Assembly: GCA_046563655.1 (NCBI GenBank)
Contig: CM102285.1
Coordinates: 4,092,001 to 4,156,000 of the forward strand
Direction: 5' to 3'
DNA: 64,000 nucleotides
DNA from: Yuukianura sp. NJ FZ-2021
Lineage: Eukaryota
Shown: in pieces, positions 12,973 to 26,400 of the stretch
How the letters are laid out: each line of letters begins with the position of its first letter
Numbering within the stretch: position 1 is the stretch's first letter
Position numbers and translations under genes: made by a program
The notes under the pieces: model-generated
What the model saw: only the letters and a program-made list of their open reading frames with translations
What the model was told of the DNA's origin: nothing
The model's database searches: none

Positions 12973-13178
12973 GCTATCACTGACCTTGAAATTAATAATG
13001 AACCTTAAAATATATCGCGAAATCAATTTCCTCTTGCTTTCAATAAAATATATCAGTAAAGTACTATTCAAGGGCAGCTCCCCAATACACAGATACTACT
13101 GAAACTACAACTTTTAATTTTGTAGTCGTAGACATCACAATAAATATATTACATGTGTACGTATAATTAAATAAACTC

Positions 13179-15644
13179 TCACCAAAAATATTTTGCAATA
13201 CAGTGCATAACATTCAGCCACATCTCAATACTAAATGCAATTATACAAATGACAAAACAAAACCCAAATACAGTGAATACTGATAGAAACAAGTTACTTT
13301 CAGTGCCAATTGGTTGCGGTCCGCTTGTCTCCATTTTGAATAATGCCTTTTGACTACTAATTTTTGCCGCCAATGCCTCGAACTCTGCACTTTTAGCAAA
13401 TAGTCCAGAATTTAACATTGATTGAAACCTTTGGTACAGAATCATCAGTCTGTCCCACTCCGTTTTTTCTATACTAAACGCTCTGTTTTCACTATGAAAT
13501 TTATCTGTTCCGTAGTAAAGCTTTGCAGTCGACTCCGAATCTTTGTTTGTTAGCCTTGTGAGCAAATTATCCAGTTTATACTGAGTGCTAGCAATTAGAG
13601 TTTTGTCACATTTTAAAAATTCCGAAATGTTCAAGTTATTTAAATACGGTTGTTTGATTGATGTTCCAAGGCATTTGGTTTTCGGCTTGCAGTCCTGCGG
13701 TAGGATGAATCCACTGCCATTGTAATTGTACTTCATTTCATGTGCGAGAGCGATCAAAAAGTCCTTATCTGAATACAGCTCGCATGCTCTTTCTACACTC
13801 TTGGGCTCGAAGAAGCGGTGAGTACCATCGGGGTCTATTTAAAAAAAATCAACTTAAAATACATAATTCCAAAAAAAAATATTTTTTCCTCTCAATGTTT
13901 TTAAATTCTTGGGCCTCTCCAGCAAACGAGCACGGCAAGCGCCAGTAATGCAGCCAGTGAACTTCTTTTCACAAAGAAGCGAACTATAACCGCGCGAACC
14001 AGTACTAGCTCCGGTTTTTGAAATTGCAACCCCCCAGTCGAATCTCTCTGGAGCTTGTGGTACTCGTACTTCCTGCTCATTTCATGGAGTTAAGTAAAGA
14101 AATGGGTGCAAGTCAGAGAGTGTGGTTGTGTGTTACAAAAACCGGAGTTATATATTTGTTAGCGTGATTATATAAAAATTTTTTCCGCCGGTTCGTTCGT
14201 AAGGCTTACATAATGGGGCAAAGTGAAAAAATCATTCTAACCACTAGACAGTACACAATAATAATTACGACATACTTGAAAGGTGATCTATAACCATATA
14301 ATTGTCCAAGTCCAGTGGATACAGAAATGTATAGTTTTGATTGACTGCGTCCTTAATCCTTTGTAGTCCAGTGGCTGGAGTAGGAGCTGTCAAATTTGAA
14401 GTGACGCGCCCTCTGTACAAAGTCGTCAAAACTAAGCATATGAAAATTAGTGTTCCCACTAAAGGTTTAAATCCCGTAATATTCATCCCCTTTTTTGAAA
14501 TTCCGATGCCCTGCTCTACAATAATTCTCGCAAAAAGTAAAATCGTGCTGTCCTTAATTTTGGAATGGCGAAAAAGTACAGAAATGAAGGCCGTTGCAAT
14601 AATGAAGCAAGAAATTGCTGCAATCCAGACGCGAATTTCGTAGGGTGAAGAAAGGTAAGCAACGTTGAGGTAAGACGACATTCCATCGCAAGTGATAAAG
14701 TTATACCATATATTTTTGACAATGAAAACGTATGTATCCTGCGCTTGTTGAAATAATCCGCGTCGTGAAATGGCCAAAGGAAAATCAGGATGGACTCTGA
14801 CCTCTATGTTAAGCTTTGCTGTTGTCCGGTTAAGCACAGCTGTAGTAAAGTTCGAATACTTTGAAATTGTGGTTGGCCTGACAACATGCCATATTACATA
14901 CATTTCAGAGTACGGTTTGATAGGTTTTCCTAGAAAATTACCCGTGAGAAGATCTTGAGACTGAAAGAATGTGTCGGCATAGTGCCCTTTAAGTAGCCAT
15001 TGGGTAGGCCACATGTCTTTAGCAAGCTGACCGTAGAAGTTATCCAGAAAATGTTTCGACAAAGATATTTGACCTCCAGTATGTGACAATTTGAAGTATT
15101 CACGTGTCTCCATCTGCAGGGTGACAAGAGACGAATTTGGACTTCTTTGTTCATATGTGTATTTTGCTATTTTTTTGAACGTCCAAGTATAAACGTTTAG
15201 TACATCTGTTGCACCAGGTCGTAGGACTGCGATGTAGTAGATGTACCGACCGTAGCAAATATGATGATGCGTTTCATCTCGAGAGCACCATACAAGGCCT
15301 TGGTACGAATCATGATTGAGTTTAATATGTTTTGTAGTCGGCGGGTAAATGTCAACTATGACGTAGCAACGAAGTTTTAAAAATGGCCAATATTTGAGCA
15401 ATTTTAGTGGCAGTACACCGACGCCGTATTCATTTATAGGTGTTGAGGTAACTGGGTAGCCTAAGTTTGTGTATATAGAAACTGGAGACGGAATGTTACC
15501 GTAACTTTCCAAGTTCAAACCTGAGTCCAAAATGTCTATTTGACAGTTAGGAAATGTTGTGGTATCGATTCCAAGCGTCGTCGCCTGCGCAAATACTGTG
15601 TATATGGTGGAAACGAAGACTGCGTACAACAGTACAAGTGACAT
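13179..15644 (-). CDS. Divergent ionotropic-receptor-like chemoreceptor, paralog 2 (intact)
   Basis: Exons 15644-14276 and 13834-13179 splice in frame (..DHLS|NPDGTH..). Signal peptide, YNFITCD, SSPYEIRVW, IVEQG, LTTLYRGRVTSNLTAP, C-terminal TM. Clearly homologous to 9140-11417. Confidence 0.75.
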
Positions 15645-15764
15645 TTCAAAGTCGGTTGAGATATTTTGATGTAACTACTGTTTCGTTTACTATACTCAAC
15701 TGAGGGCATCAAGAGCAAAGTAGGATGATAACAAAAATTACTCTAAAAAGTTTGTTGTAGCTGG

Positions 15765-15817
15765 TTATTAAGTATCGTCAGATACTTATAGGGATCGTAA
15801 TGTCCGTCCGTCCGTCT

Positions 15818-15875
<58 letters not shown>

Positions 15876-16580
15876 CCGTCCGTCCGTCCGTCTGTATACT
15901 AGCCACAGTATCTCTGTAACCGCTCTACCGATTTTCAATCTGTCTTCACAGATGAACTTCACATGGTCCAGGGGTGAACAAGTGGTTTTCGGTTTGACCG
16001 AAAGCGGCCAACTTCCGGGTCAAAAGTCAAGGTCAAGTACATTTTCGACTGAATTTGGAAAAATGGTCTCTACAAAAGTTGTTCATCTCAATGAGAGGAA
16101 CAACTTCGTGACCTTGCAGCTTTTTAATGAGTAACTACAAACCAGATGACAAAAATCAGTTTTTGGATTCACCTTAAGTGACCTCTATTGGTGTCATAGG
16201 TCAAGGTTATGCTTGATTTACATCACGGAAACGGATGGGCAGACTCGGAATGGGAATGCGGGGATCCGATTTTGATGAGCTTGAGTGACCTCTAGCAGGG
16301 TCAAAGGTCAAGTTCATCTTTTTTTCCACAATTCAGAAATTCGGGGATGGATGTTTGACGACGCGAGGATTAATATTATTAATATTATATTAATGCATAT
16401 GTTAATATTATATTAATATTATATATTAATGCAATTTGCTATTAATTAATATAATGCTGAATGTTCTTTGACCTCAAGTAACCTCTAACAATATCAGAGT
16501 TGTAGGTCAACAATATCCGGGGAATTCTCTATAATTGATCTGACGATACTTATTTACATCGTCTTTGCAAGAAGTTTATT
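15765..16580 (+). mobile_element. DINE-1-like / Helentron-associated non-autonomous element
   Basis: Subterminal inverted repeats TAAGTATCGTCAGAT (15769) and ATCTGACGATACTTA (16538), a 5' hairpin, a (GTCC/GTCT)n microsatellite at 15801-15894, a 3' stem-loop then T-rich end. It is absent at the paralogous site upstream of IR paralog 1 (~11535). Confidence 0.82.
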
Positions 16581-18266
16581 TTGTATCAATTTAGTAGTAA
16601 ATACATAGCCGCATAGGATAAGTTTCCGGGGATAATTTGAATGCTACAGTTATTTGAATTTTCACGAAAGTGGTCAAAGTTTGTTAACTGTGAAGCACGA
16701 CTGTTAATATTTCTTAAGTCTAGCTCGAGTTGGTAATAATCGTATTTAAGCTTTTTAATTGAACCGTGAGCAGATAAAGCCTTTTTTAATCGTAAAACTT
16801 TTTTTTCTTTTGAAAATTTTTGAAAATTTGAACACGATTGCGTGAGAATGTTTCTGGAATTCGGTTTAAATTTCTTTGAAAAGGTAAGGACTACAATGCT
16901 TACTACTTAGCTTTAGCACAAAAAACTAGATTTGTCTTTTAGTTGATCAGAAATGTTAAATAGTTAAGGTTATTCTGTTTTATAGATTTTTTAAATAAGT
17001 TTTGATTGTGTTTCCCGCGAAAACGAAAGTTCAGATTTTGATGAAACTCGGGGGACTTAATGTTTATGGTATATAGTGTGTTGGCTATAATTTTCATCTT
17101 TCCGATAAGTATAGTTTTTCTGTAAGTTGTGGGTGAAGATTGGGAGCCCGCGTAGCGTCTGGCCTTGGGCCTTTTGTCGCGTCTCTTCTTTTTTCTCTCT
17201 CTCTTTCTTTGATGATAGAATAAGACGCATAAGGATAAGTAAGAAGCAAGATTTCAACTGTTGACAGAGTAAGACTCTCTCCCTAAGTTAAGAATTGGCA
17301 ATTGTGTAAATTGGATTTTAAATTAAGTTTTCATTAAAAGTAATCAATTGGCTAATTGGGAGTTGAGTACTCTGCATTCATTGATCTAAGAGAACGAGTT
17401 AGTAGTGATTTTCGGATCAGGATACATCGATAGTTCTAGGCGTGGGAACGGAAATCGAAAGGGACTTTTCTTCGGGTAGAGGACTTGACCTTTCAGTTGG
17501 ATTTGTCGTCGACTATCTAACAAGAAAAGTGGGAAAGTGCTAAGACAACTCTAGGGCATATGGAAGCTACGAAATATGAATAGTTCACAATCTCAATGTT
17601 ATGAATTTTAAATAAATGTCAAACTTGCTTAAGCTTACACTTGATTAAAGTCTTTGTCATACATCGCCCCAATTTGAAGTAAAAGAACAAATACCGCGAG
17701 AATTTTTTTCCCCTTTAATTCAATGAAATCGATCATTACAGCAACAGTCCAACACGTCGATACTCAAGCTGTAACTGTTAATGCTGTAATTGTAGATATC
17801 GCAGTACATAAAACTTGTTTGTCTCGGTGAAATTAACAACTGTAAGTCATTTTTAATCCAACCAATTGACCTTGACCCGGAAGGGTGTTAATCCACCGAA
17901 ATGATAGTCAATGGTTTACAACTTAGTGTTTAGGAGTGATCCCGGAAATGTTGACACGTTTCCGAGGTAATTGCCACTTACAGACGGACGGCCAGACAGA
18001 TAAACAAGGTCGACACATAAAGCAGCTTTCGCTCCTTAGAAACGCAGACGTAGCCAAACAAACCAAAGTGCAACTAACAGGAGGGTGATAAAAATAGAGA
18101 CTGCAAGGAAGAAGCTTATAGCAAGTACCGTTACTTATAGCAGTCTGCGTCTCAGAAAACGAGATGCCTATAGGTTGAGTCTGAGTGTGTGATTGTGTGA
18201 ATTTAGTTTCAAAATTATCTTCAAAAAAAAATATTAGTGTGTTTACAGTAACAACAGTTAATTAGG

Positions 18267-21200
18267 ATGTCACTTTTAAGTCATCAAATGGTTTCCAATT
18301 CTTATTTACCGAATGGGGTTCATCCCAATTTTGTTACCAGTGTTCAACTGTGTTTTACTTGCACACAAGTAAGAGCACCACTGGAATGTACTTCTTTCGT
18401 TCTGGAATTGCAAAGTTTAGCCAGCAACACGAAAGCCAAATTAGACATTCTGGAGGTCATTTGTCAATTACTAAGAGTGAATTGTGGGTCACTTAAATCT
18501 CTGGTTCGGGAATATGACAACCTTCCATTTTGCCCATCCTGTCTCAAAGTCATCACGGAAATCATCATTCTTAGAGAGAAACTGTTTAAAATCGAAGCAA
18601 ACATTAGAAACAAACTGAGTAAACTTGAAGCGTTTGTAGCTCAATGTTTTCAGACATCTGAAAACGAAACTAATGAAAATGTTTACGACGAATTTTTACT
18701 TAAGTACGATGACCTCAGGAGTACATTCCAAAAGAAAGTGATGAAAGGTGAGATTTGATAACAGAAACATTTAGTGGTATAAGTTACATTCTTTCATAAC
18801 TTGTGAAAAACACATTTCGAAAAGCGTATTTTTAAAAAGTCATCAGCATAGCATTGTTGTTATTTTTTAGAGTACTTGAATAAAGAGCTACTGCAGCGGA
18901 AAATCTTAGAAATGAATCAGAATACAAACGTACTTATCACAGAATCCATTCCTTCGATGGTTCAACTGAATTTGGACAAAAATGTTTTTTCAATCGTGGA
19001 CTGGAAGCCGTCTTTGGAGGTCAGCACAATTGAGTTTCCAATTCCGCTGGCAATGACTGATGCATCGACTGATACTAAAAATTTGGAAACTTCGAAAGAA
19101 AAAATTGAAGCGTTCAGAAATGCTGAGTTCGGTGCTTTTGAAAAAGATGATGATGATGCTGATGATGATGAGAAACCTCCCGTTCTTGAAGTGCAAGGGA
19201 ACTGTACAAGCATTCAAATTTCGGATTTTGAAGAAAATTTCAGTCTTGTCCCTGCCATGACGGAAGTAAATGTCAGTGACGACAGCGACTACGGTTCACC
19301 CAGGTAAATCTTTGCTTATTCATTAAAAAGTTTGAAAAAATAATTTGCTTAAAAAATTTAATTTTCATTTAGCAAGAAGTCAAAAACTGAGATAACACAA
19401 GTCAAAGAACGCCCCCAGCTTATGAAAAATCAACGACGCCGAAAAGCAGTCCTTGTAGCAAAGAAAAAACTCTTTACTAAAACGAAAAACAAAAAGTCGT
19501 GCAAAACTTTGGGGTCCGAAGTATGCTGGAAGGATATTTTGGTGAAAAATACAAAAGTGAATCCTGTTCCTACTAACACTTCAGAAAACCAAAAAACACA
19601 GAAATCAATGAGTAAGTCTTTCAATTGTCAATTAAAATGTTCGAAAAAATTCAGAGTTCCGAATTTGTCTTTTGAATAACAAAAGGACTGGTAGCGGGTA
19701 GTACATAATTTTCATGCAAAGCTAAAGGTAACTAGGCTTATGCATTGCATTGATTTGATTAATATTTAAAAAATTTGTATGGAATTTTGTCGTCCGCATT
19801 TTGTCTAAGTACCACAAGATGTTGTAAGACAAATTTAAGTAACACAATTTTTTTTTTAATTTTTAGTTGATGATTCTGGGGAGGAATGTGAGGACGATGA
19901 AGGGGAATGCTCTGGTTGGTTGATAGAGAAACAGGATTCATCCGAATCCTCATCAAGTGACAGCGATCGCGAAGAACCGGAACTGGAAGAACGTGATGAA
20001 AAAAATGTTGATGCTCAGGACAAACCGGAGGACACGACAGCAGTTTCTATTTTGGAAATTTGCAAGAGACTGCCAACTTCGGACAATTATAAAAAGCACA
20101 AATTCAAACCAAAGCATTCACTTCAATCTGCTCCAAACCAAAACAAGCCAAAATACGTTAGGCTTATTCAGCAAGAGGCAGCATTTACTGCTAAAGATAA
20201 AACAGTTTGGACAACTAAGGAACCCAACCAGCGTAGAAGAATAAGGGCACATAAAATTCTAAAAGAAGATGGCGGCTTAGAGGGCCCTGCGCAGGACAGC
20301 AGTTTGAGTCCAACGGAGCTCTTTAAACTCATGTTCCCACCGGCCATTGTAGAAACTATTGTCAAACACACCAACTCTTACGCTAGACATATGCACATTA
20401 AGAATCCAAAGAAAAATAAGCTGGGTGATGTGATAAAGTGGTCCCCTGTTACGGTAGAAGAAATTTATGCTTACATTGGAATCCTACTGTACTTGGGAGT
20501 TGACAAGAAAGGGTAAGATGAAACTGCGGTAATGGTATTTCTAAAAAAAAATACGTTTGGTATTATAAGTCTTACGTTTGTAAAAACTTATCAAACAACG
20601 CTTTTATTTTTGCTTTCAAGTAATACGAGTTATAAAGAAGTGTGGACATTGGAGGAACGCTATGCCATTCCTGTCGTTGTGGCTACCATGGGAAGAGATA
20701 GATTCGTAAAAATTCAAAGCTTCTTGAGATTTGATGACAAAGTAGCACGCATGACCTCGTCTGACGAAAAGGAAATCGAAGATGACGGGGATTCCAAGTT
20801 TCGGTATGTGTCAGAAATATTTGAGCCATTTGTGGAGAATATGCAAACACACTTGCGTCCCTACGACACACTCATTGTGGATGAAATGCTTGTGAAATTT
20901 CGAGGGAGTGCCAAATTCCGAGTTTACATGAAATCCAAGCCTGGAAAGTAAGCATTATACCAGTCGGTAGTCAGTTAGTAGTGGTTGGTTGCAATAAGTA
21001 AAGTAACTATTAATATTTTGCTCTAAAGGTATGGAATTAAGTTCTGGGCTGTTTGTGACGTTGAGACTGGCTACATTTTGAAAATTGCACTTTACGAGGG
21101 GAAGGTTTGCGACCAAGTGGAGAGGGAGCATGGAAAGAAAGTCGTTTTGAATTTGGTTAAGAAATATTTTGGTTCTGGCCGCGGAGTGACGATGGACAAT

Positions 21201-22224
21201 TTCTTTACGTCCAAAGCCCTGGGTGAAGAACTGATTAAGCAGAAGATGTCGATGCTTGGAACGCTCAATCACAATCGAATGGATGTGATTCCACAGTTTG
21301 TGGATCCCAAAGGAAGAGAACTCGAATCATCAGTTTTTGCGTTTCAAGGAGATTTTACAATGGTGAGGCGATTTGTTTTAGGCGTTCGTAGGTCAAATTT
21401 TTACAAATATTGGGTGGCCTATTATTTTCAATTTTAAAAATGTAGTTATTTTGAATTTTTCATAAACGAAATGTTCAATAGGTTTCCTATGTTCCAAAAA
21501 AGAACAGAACCGTATTGCTCCTGTCAACGCAGCATCATTCCACACAGATCGATCCAGAGCGTAAAAATAAACCTAGGATGATCCTTGACTACAACAGTAC
21601 AAAAGGAGGTGTGGATACTGCCGATCAAATGATAGCAACATATTCATGCCAAAGAAGCACTGCCAGGTAAACGCTACTTTAAAGCTAAAGTTAAAACCTA
21701 AATTAAACTGAAGCCTATGCACCGAAAATGCTTTCAGGTGGCCCATTAAAGTTTTCCAAAGTCTTCTGGACATTGCTGCCTTCAACGCATATGTCGTTTA
21801 CAAAATTCACAAGAGTTCGGCTGACGTCACCCCCGTTTCCAACATGCGCAAAACATTCTTGAGAAAGCTTTCGGAGGGGCTGATGGAACCTCTAATTTCA
21901 ACAAGAGCTCAAAGATTTCCTATGAGTCAGTGGTTTGTTCATAGAGCCATTGCGAAATTAGGTTTCGCTTGCAATTCCAGCGGACAGGCGACAGATAACA
22001 ACAGCGGCTTAGTACCACAGGGAGGTCCCCGGCGTATCCGTTGTCACTTTTGTGTAGGACAAAGGTCAGTAACACGGCGTAGTTGCACTAGTTGTAAAAT
22101 GCAACTTTGTGCAAACTGTGGAGTAACGGGTTTCCATTGCCCAAAATGTTACCAACAAATGTTCAAATCACCGCGGAAAAATATTTTTCAACCTGAAGTA
22201 AGAAAAGACTATTCTAAGAATTGA
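18267..22224 (+). CDS. ZAD-like / piggyBac transposase-derived fusion, copy 2, 8 exons
   Basis: Exons 18267-18747, 18871-19303, 19373-19611, 19867-20512, 20621-20947, 21029-21362, 21482-21666, 21738-22224. Same intron phases as copy 1; VDEM, MDNFF and GGVDTADQ intact. Confidence 0.88.
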
Positions 22225-23437
22225 ACTTTCTTTGTTCAGTGTGAGGATCGCCGTCCGATCTCCACATCTGTTATGCATTATACAGTATAGTTATAATTAT
22301 TTATGTAATTTCGCAAGTCTTCTTTTCTAACGTAGCGGTATGTAAAAAATATTAAGACTTCAACCATTTGAAGTCTGAAGAGGAGATGCAATCTAAAATG
22401 CATGTGAGGACAATACTAATAATTTTTAAAATACGGTTTGAAACGCAATCAGCGTCTGATTTTCAGGTTCTCTGTATACGTTTTCAAAATTATAAAGAAA
22501 ACCTATTATTATTATTTTACAGCGCATCTTGGTATGTGCGATGAGGAACAGAAATTTTTGTCTCCAGAAGGAGATGTAGATGAAACGTCGTTACTAGCAT
22601 ATGTTGAAAGGAGATCCCGGCGTCCGTACAAAACAGGGTGATAGAATTCATGCTCAAATGCCAACAATTTGAATGTAACCTGCTTCATTTTTTTAAACGA
22701 GTTTATTCTTTATAATTCACTATTCATCTAAACGACAATAATATTTCCAATTGCAAAAATTACACTTCAGCTGCCCTTGACACTGAAGAAGAGAGGTATT
22801 TGTCTTATTGTGGTTTGATCAAATCTGCACTTCAGTGGCGTTTAATGAATTTACAAGTTAACCAGCTATGTCCAAATTGCAATGTTCAACCAGTTCTGCC
22901 ATAAAAAAAATAATTTCTCCGGGAATTTAGTTTTGCAACTAAACCGAAGACCCTGTCGATTTTGGATTTACCCTCTAATCTTGCTGTTGCAATAAAATTT
23001 TATTAATACTACATAGTCCGTGTATCAAAGAAGTTCATTCGCCTTGTCCAAAGTTTTTATACCTTATGGTATAATTTTTTTTTAAATAATGTTATGTATG
23101 TAAGACTCTTCACATACGACTTGAAACAACAGAGGAAGAAATTCTCAGACGCCAACGACCGGCAATACAGATACACAAAATCGACAAATTAAGTAAGCAT
23201 TCGCTTCGCTATCGAATAACGCATGGACCCAAACAAACCAAAATGCAACTATAAGCAGAGGGTAACAAAAATAGAAGATACAAGGACGAGACTTATAGCA
23301 AGTACCGTTACTTATAGCAAGCTGTTTCTCATAAAACGAGAGCAGAACTGGAGTAGAGGTACTTTGTGTGAATTTATTTTCAAAACTATTTTACAAACAG
23401 AAAATTAGTGTGTTTACAGTAACACCAGTTAATTAGG

Positions 23438-26400
23438 ATGTCACTTTTAAGTCATCAAATGGTTTCCAATTCATATTTACCAAATGGAGTTCATTCCAAT
23501 TTTGTTAACAGTGTTCAATTGTGTTTTACGTGCACACAAGTAAGAGCACCACTAGATTCTACTTCTTTGGTTCTGGAATTTCAGAGTTTAGCAAACAACA
23601 CGGAGGCGAAATTAGACATTCTGGAGGTCATTTGTCAATTACTAAGAGTGCGTTGTGGGTCACTTAAATCCCTGGTTCGGGAATATGACAACCTTCCATT
23701 TTGCGCATCCTGTCTCAAAGTCATCACGGAAATCATCATTCTTAGAGAGAAACTGTTTCAAATCGAAGCAAAAATTAGAAACAAACTGAGCAAACTTGAA
23801 GCGTTTGTTGCTCAATGTTTTCAGACTTCTGAAAGCTGCACGAAAGAAAATGGTCAGGAAGAATCTTCATTTGAGTACAATCACCTTAGAAGCACATTCC
23901 AAAAGAAAGTGATGAAAGGTGAGGATTGATAACAAAAGCATTTAGTTGTATAAGTTTCCTAACTTTTGAAAAACACAATTCGATATGCGTATTTTTAAAA
24001 AGTCATCAAAATTTTGTCTTTTTTTAGAGTACTTGAATAAAGAGCTACTGCAGCGGAAAATCCTAGAAATGAATCAGAATACAAACGTACTTATCACAGA
24101 ATCCATTCCTTCGATGGTTCAATTGAATTTGGACAAAAATGTTTTTTCAATCGTGGACGGGAAGCCGTCCTTGGAGCTCAGCACAATTGAGTTTCCAATT
24201 CTGCTGGCTATGACTGATGCATCAACTGATACTAACGATTTGGAAACTTCGGAAGAAAAAATGAAAGTATTCAGAAATGCTGAATTCGATGCTTTTCAAA
24301 ATGATGATGGTGATGAGAAGCCTCCCGTTCTTGAAATAGAAGGGTACTGTGCAACCATTCAAATTTCGGACGTTGAAGAAAACTTCAGTCTTGTTCCTCT
24401 TGGGCCGGAAGTAAATGTCAGCGACGACAGCGACTACGGTTCGCCCAGGTAATTTTTTTTTCCACATTGAGCAATTTCCTTCGAAAAGGAACCTCAGATA
24501 CTTAATTTTCATTTAATAGCAAAAAGGCAAAAACACAGATAATACAAATCAATGACCGCCCTCAACCTATGGAAAGCCAGAGACGCGGAAAAGCAGTCCT
24601 TGCAACAAAGAAAAAACTCTATACTAATAAAGAAACGAAAAACAAAAAATCATGCAAAACTTCGGGGTCCGAAGTATGCTGGAAGGATATACTTACAAAG
24701 GTGAATCGTGTTGCCAGTAACACTTCAGAAAACCAAAACACACCGAAATCAAGGAGTAAGTATTTCAATTATTGCCGATTAATATGTTCGAAGAAATTCA
24801 AAGTTCAATCAATTTCTACAAAAAAGCAGAGTTGCGATTTTGTCTTTTGAATAACAAAAGGACGGTTAGTGGGTATTACATATTTTTTACAAAGCTAAAT
24901 GCTACAACGCTTGTGCATACTCTATTGCATTGATTTGGTTAATATTTAAAAAATCTGCACAGACTTTTGTCTTCCCCATTTTGTCAAAGTGCCAGAAGAT
25001 GTTCTAAGAGAAATGAAAATTTCAGTAACAGAATTTTTTTTGAATTTTTAGTTGAGGATTCCGGGGAGGATTGCGAGGAAGATGAAGATGAATGCTCTGA
25101 TAGGTTGATGGAGAAACAAGATTCATCCGAATCCTCATCAAGTGACAGCGATCGCGAAGAACCGGAACTAGAAGAACGTGCTGAAAAAAATGATGATGCT
25201 CAAGACAAGTCCGAGGACAGGACAATTCCTATTTCAGAAATTTGCAAGAGACTGCCAACCTCGGATATTTCTAACATGCACGAATTCAAACCAAAGCATT
25301 CTCTGCATTCTACTCCAGACCAAAACAAGCCCAAATATGTTAGGCTCGTTCAACAGGAGGTAGCATTTACTGCTAAAGACAAAACAGTTTGGACTACAAA
25401 GGAACCCAACCAGCAAAGGAGAATAAGGGCGCATGAAATTCTGAAAGAAGATGGCGGCTTAGAGGGCCCTGCGCAGGACAGCAGTTTGAGTCCAACGGAG
25501 CTCTTTAAACTCATGTTCCCACCGGCCATTGTAGAAATCATTGTAAAACACACCAACGCCTACGCTACACATATGTACATTAAAAATCCAAAGACAAACC
25601 AGTTGGGCGATGTGATAAAGTGGTCCCCTGTTACGGTAGAAGAAATTTATGCTTACATTGGAATCCTACTGTACTTAGGAGTTGACAAGAAATGGTAAGA
25701 TGAAAAACGTTAACAATATTTCCTTGTCCAAGATTTTCACATTCGGTTTTATAAGTGTCTTGCATTTACAAAACACACATCAAACGACGTTTTTGTTTCT
25801 TCTCAGTAATATGACTTATAACGAGGTGTGGGCATCAGAAGAACGATATGCCATTCCTGTCATTGTGGCTACCATGGGCAGAGACAGGTTTGCAAGAATT
25901 CAAAGCTTCTTGAGATTTGACGACAAAGTAGCACGCATGACCTCGTCTAACACAACGGAAATGGAAGATGATTTGGACTCCAAGTTCCGTTATGTTGCAG
26001 AAATATTTGAGCCATTTGTGGAGAATATGCAAACACACTTGCGACCTTACGACGCACTCGTTGTGGATGAAATGCTTGTAAAAGTTAAAAGGAGTGCCAA
26101 ATTCCGAGTTTACATGAAATCAAAACCTGGAAAGTAAGCACTTGAACCACACTTACTTATTGAGCCTAACCTTGCACCACACTAATATAACTGCATGTAA
26201 TAAACCCGCTAACGATTAATATTTTGCTCTAAAGGTATGGACTAAAACTCTGGACTGTTTGCGATGTTGAAACTGGATACATTCTGAAAATTGATCTTTA
26301 CGAGGGGAAAGTTGGTGAACAAATGGAGAAGGAGCATGGGAAGAAAGTCGTTTTGAATTTGGTTAACAAGTATTTTGGCTCTGGACGTGGAGTGACGATG

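Noticed and set aside
13975-14200. Small inverted-repeat element in the IR paralog 2 intron (CTCCGGTTTTTG / CAAAAACCGGAG)
   Set aside because: Probably a decayed MITE, but its ends and TSD could not be defined.
22438-22860. Exon-like fragment MCDEEQKFLSPEGDVDETSLLAYVERR
   Set aside because: Too short, with no family recognised.
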